Positions 62,873 to 64,000 of a stretch of DNA of 64,000 bases are shown in pieces. The stretch lies in contig CAVYBH010000013.1 in NCBI GenBank assembly GCA_963766715.1, positions 1 through 64,000 of the forward strand. The letters run 5' to 3'. The position numbers and the translations under genes were made by a program. Position 1 is the first letter of the stretch. The number at the start of each line of letters is the position of its first letter. Origin of the DNA: an uncultured delta proteobacterium. GTDB lineage: Bacteria; Myxococcota; Myxococcia; Myxococcales; Anaeromyxobacteraceae. The notes beneath the pieces were generated by a model, which saw nothing but the letters and a program-made list of their open reading frames with translations, was not told the origin of the DNA and made no database searches.

Positions 62873-64000
62873 GGCGTCTCCTCCTGGGAGGCGGGCAGCC
62901 GGTCCCACTCGACGTTTCCGTCCCCGTCGAGCGGCATGCGCTCGCGGTGGCCGGGAAGGCGTCCGTCCACGGTGCCGGCGGCGAGCGGGATGAGCCCCTT
63001 GCGCCGGTCGACCGACGGCAGCGAGTTCCACTGGTACCCGGCCAGCTGATCGGCCACGCGCCGTCCCAGGTCCTCGAAGACGAGCCTGGCGCTGCCCCAG
63101 CGCGAGGTGAGCCCGAGCGCTCCGCCGATCTCGGCGGCCAGGCCCCAGTGGGGCAGCGACTCGCCCCGCGGCCAGTAGGCCAGCTCGAAGCGCTGCGCGC
63201 GCCCCTCGAAGTTCACGAAGGTCCCGTCGGACTCGGGCGTCGCCGAGGCGGGCAGGAGCACGGTGGCGGCCGCCGAGAGGGGCCCCTCGTTGGTGGCCTG
63301 GACGACCAGCACCTCGGCGCGTCCGAGGGACGCCGCCAGCTCGGGCGCGGGCAGCTCGGCCCCCACGGCCCAGATCCCCTTCACCTTCCCCGACGCCACC
63401 GCGGCGGCGAGGTCTGAGGCCGGCTTCATCGAGAGTCGCAAAGGCCTTGGCGACCCGCTCCAGCCCGGCGCGGTTGGGGTTCTGGTCGGCGCGGCGCAGG
63501 AAGTCGTCCTGCCAGCCGTCGGGCCGGCCCCCCACGTACACGTCGGAGAGCTTGAGGCCGTCGCGGGCCACCAGCGCGGCGGCGAGCAGGTCCTCGAGCG
63601 AGGCCGTGGGCGACGCCAGGAAGGCCAGCGTCCCCTGCCCGGACTGGGCGCGGAGCACCCGCGCCGCCTCGGCGATGGCCTGGGCCCGCGTGGCCCGGGA
63701 CTTCCCGATGCGGGCCTCGAGGACGCGGCCGTCGTTGAAGGCCTTGTAGGAGAGCCGCCCCTCGTCGCACATCCACTCCTGGTTGACGAGGTCGTTCTCG
63801 CGGGGCCGGTAGCGGTAGGTGGCGTCCCGCATGTAGTCGAGGAACACGTCGCAGCCGCGGGCGCAGCCGGTGCACAGCGACCGGGCGCTGGAGAGGAACC
63901 AGACCCGTCCGCGGAAGCGGAAGTCGGTGGAGGTGAGCGCGCCCACCGGGCAGAGGTCGACCACGTTGCCCGAGTAGCGGTCGTCGAGCGGCTGGCCGGG
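62869..64000 (-). CDS. nuoG: NADH-quinone oxidoreductase subunit G (5' truncated by window; frameshift near 63435)
   Basis: DLCPVGALT, CTGCARGC, MCDEGR and GTFVNFEGRAQ motifs. Confidence 0.92.
   Translation of the reverse strand, partial: PASRSTTATRATWSTSARWARSPPPTSASADGSGSSPAPGRCAPAAPAAATCSSTTCGTPPTATGPARTTSSTRSGCATRGGSPTRPSTTAASSRPASGSPGPRGPRPSPRRRGCSAPSPGRGRWPSWRRPRPRSRTCSPPRWWPATASSSPTCTWGAGPTAGRTTSCAAPTRTPTAPGWSGSPRPLRLSMKPASDLAAAVASGKVKGIWAVGAELPAPELAASLGRAEVLVVQATNEGPLSAAATVLLPASATPESDGTFVNFEGRAQRFELAYWPRGESLPHWGLAAEIGGALGLTSRWGSARLVFEDLGRRVADQLAGYQWNSLPSVDRRKGLIPLAAGTVDGRLPGHRERMPLDGDGNVEWDRLPASQEETP

Noticed and set aside
61544..63964. NuoG-NuoH fusion ORF
   Set aside because: Frameshift near 63435; the NuoG C-terminus is in the 62869..63441 frame

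Overview
This is a very GC-rich bacterial chromosome segment. Gene content and order suggest Myxococcota, probably Anaeromyxobacter-like; that assignment is inference. About 20 genes carry small frameshifts, including queA, rel, nuoG and nuoI, which points to long-read consensus errors rather than gene decay, so several long ORFs in the track are artefactual fusions. Core content: sdhAB, serC, queA-tgt-yajC-secDF, rel, ridA, dksA, a diadenylate cyclase, polX, ampG, nuoGHI and tRNA-Lys(UUU). Metabolic blocks: acyl-CoA ligase plus aldehyde dehydrogenase, a D/L-lactate utilisation cassette, two divergent lysine 2,3-aminomutase paralogues, and a 2-oxoacid oxidoreductase whose gamma subunit is fused to a GltD-like flavoprotein and a ferredoxin. 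The best candidate for a poorly described system is a translationally coupled four-gene operon at 16390-23003. It encodes a membrane-bound ferredoxin/permuted TrxR-like flavoprotein/di-heme-b protein, a 20-heme cytochrome c, a 10-heme cytochrome c and an outer-membrane beta-barrel. Together these form a plausible electron conduit from cytoplasmic NAD(P)H to the cell surface. An accessory patch of lipoproteins and Zn-protease-like unknowns surrounds the tRNA (9051-14010). No CRISPR array, integrase or transposase was seen.
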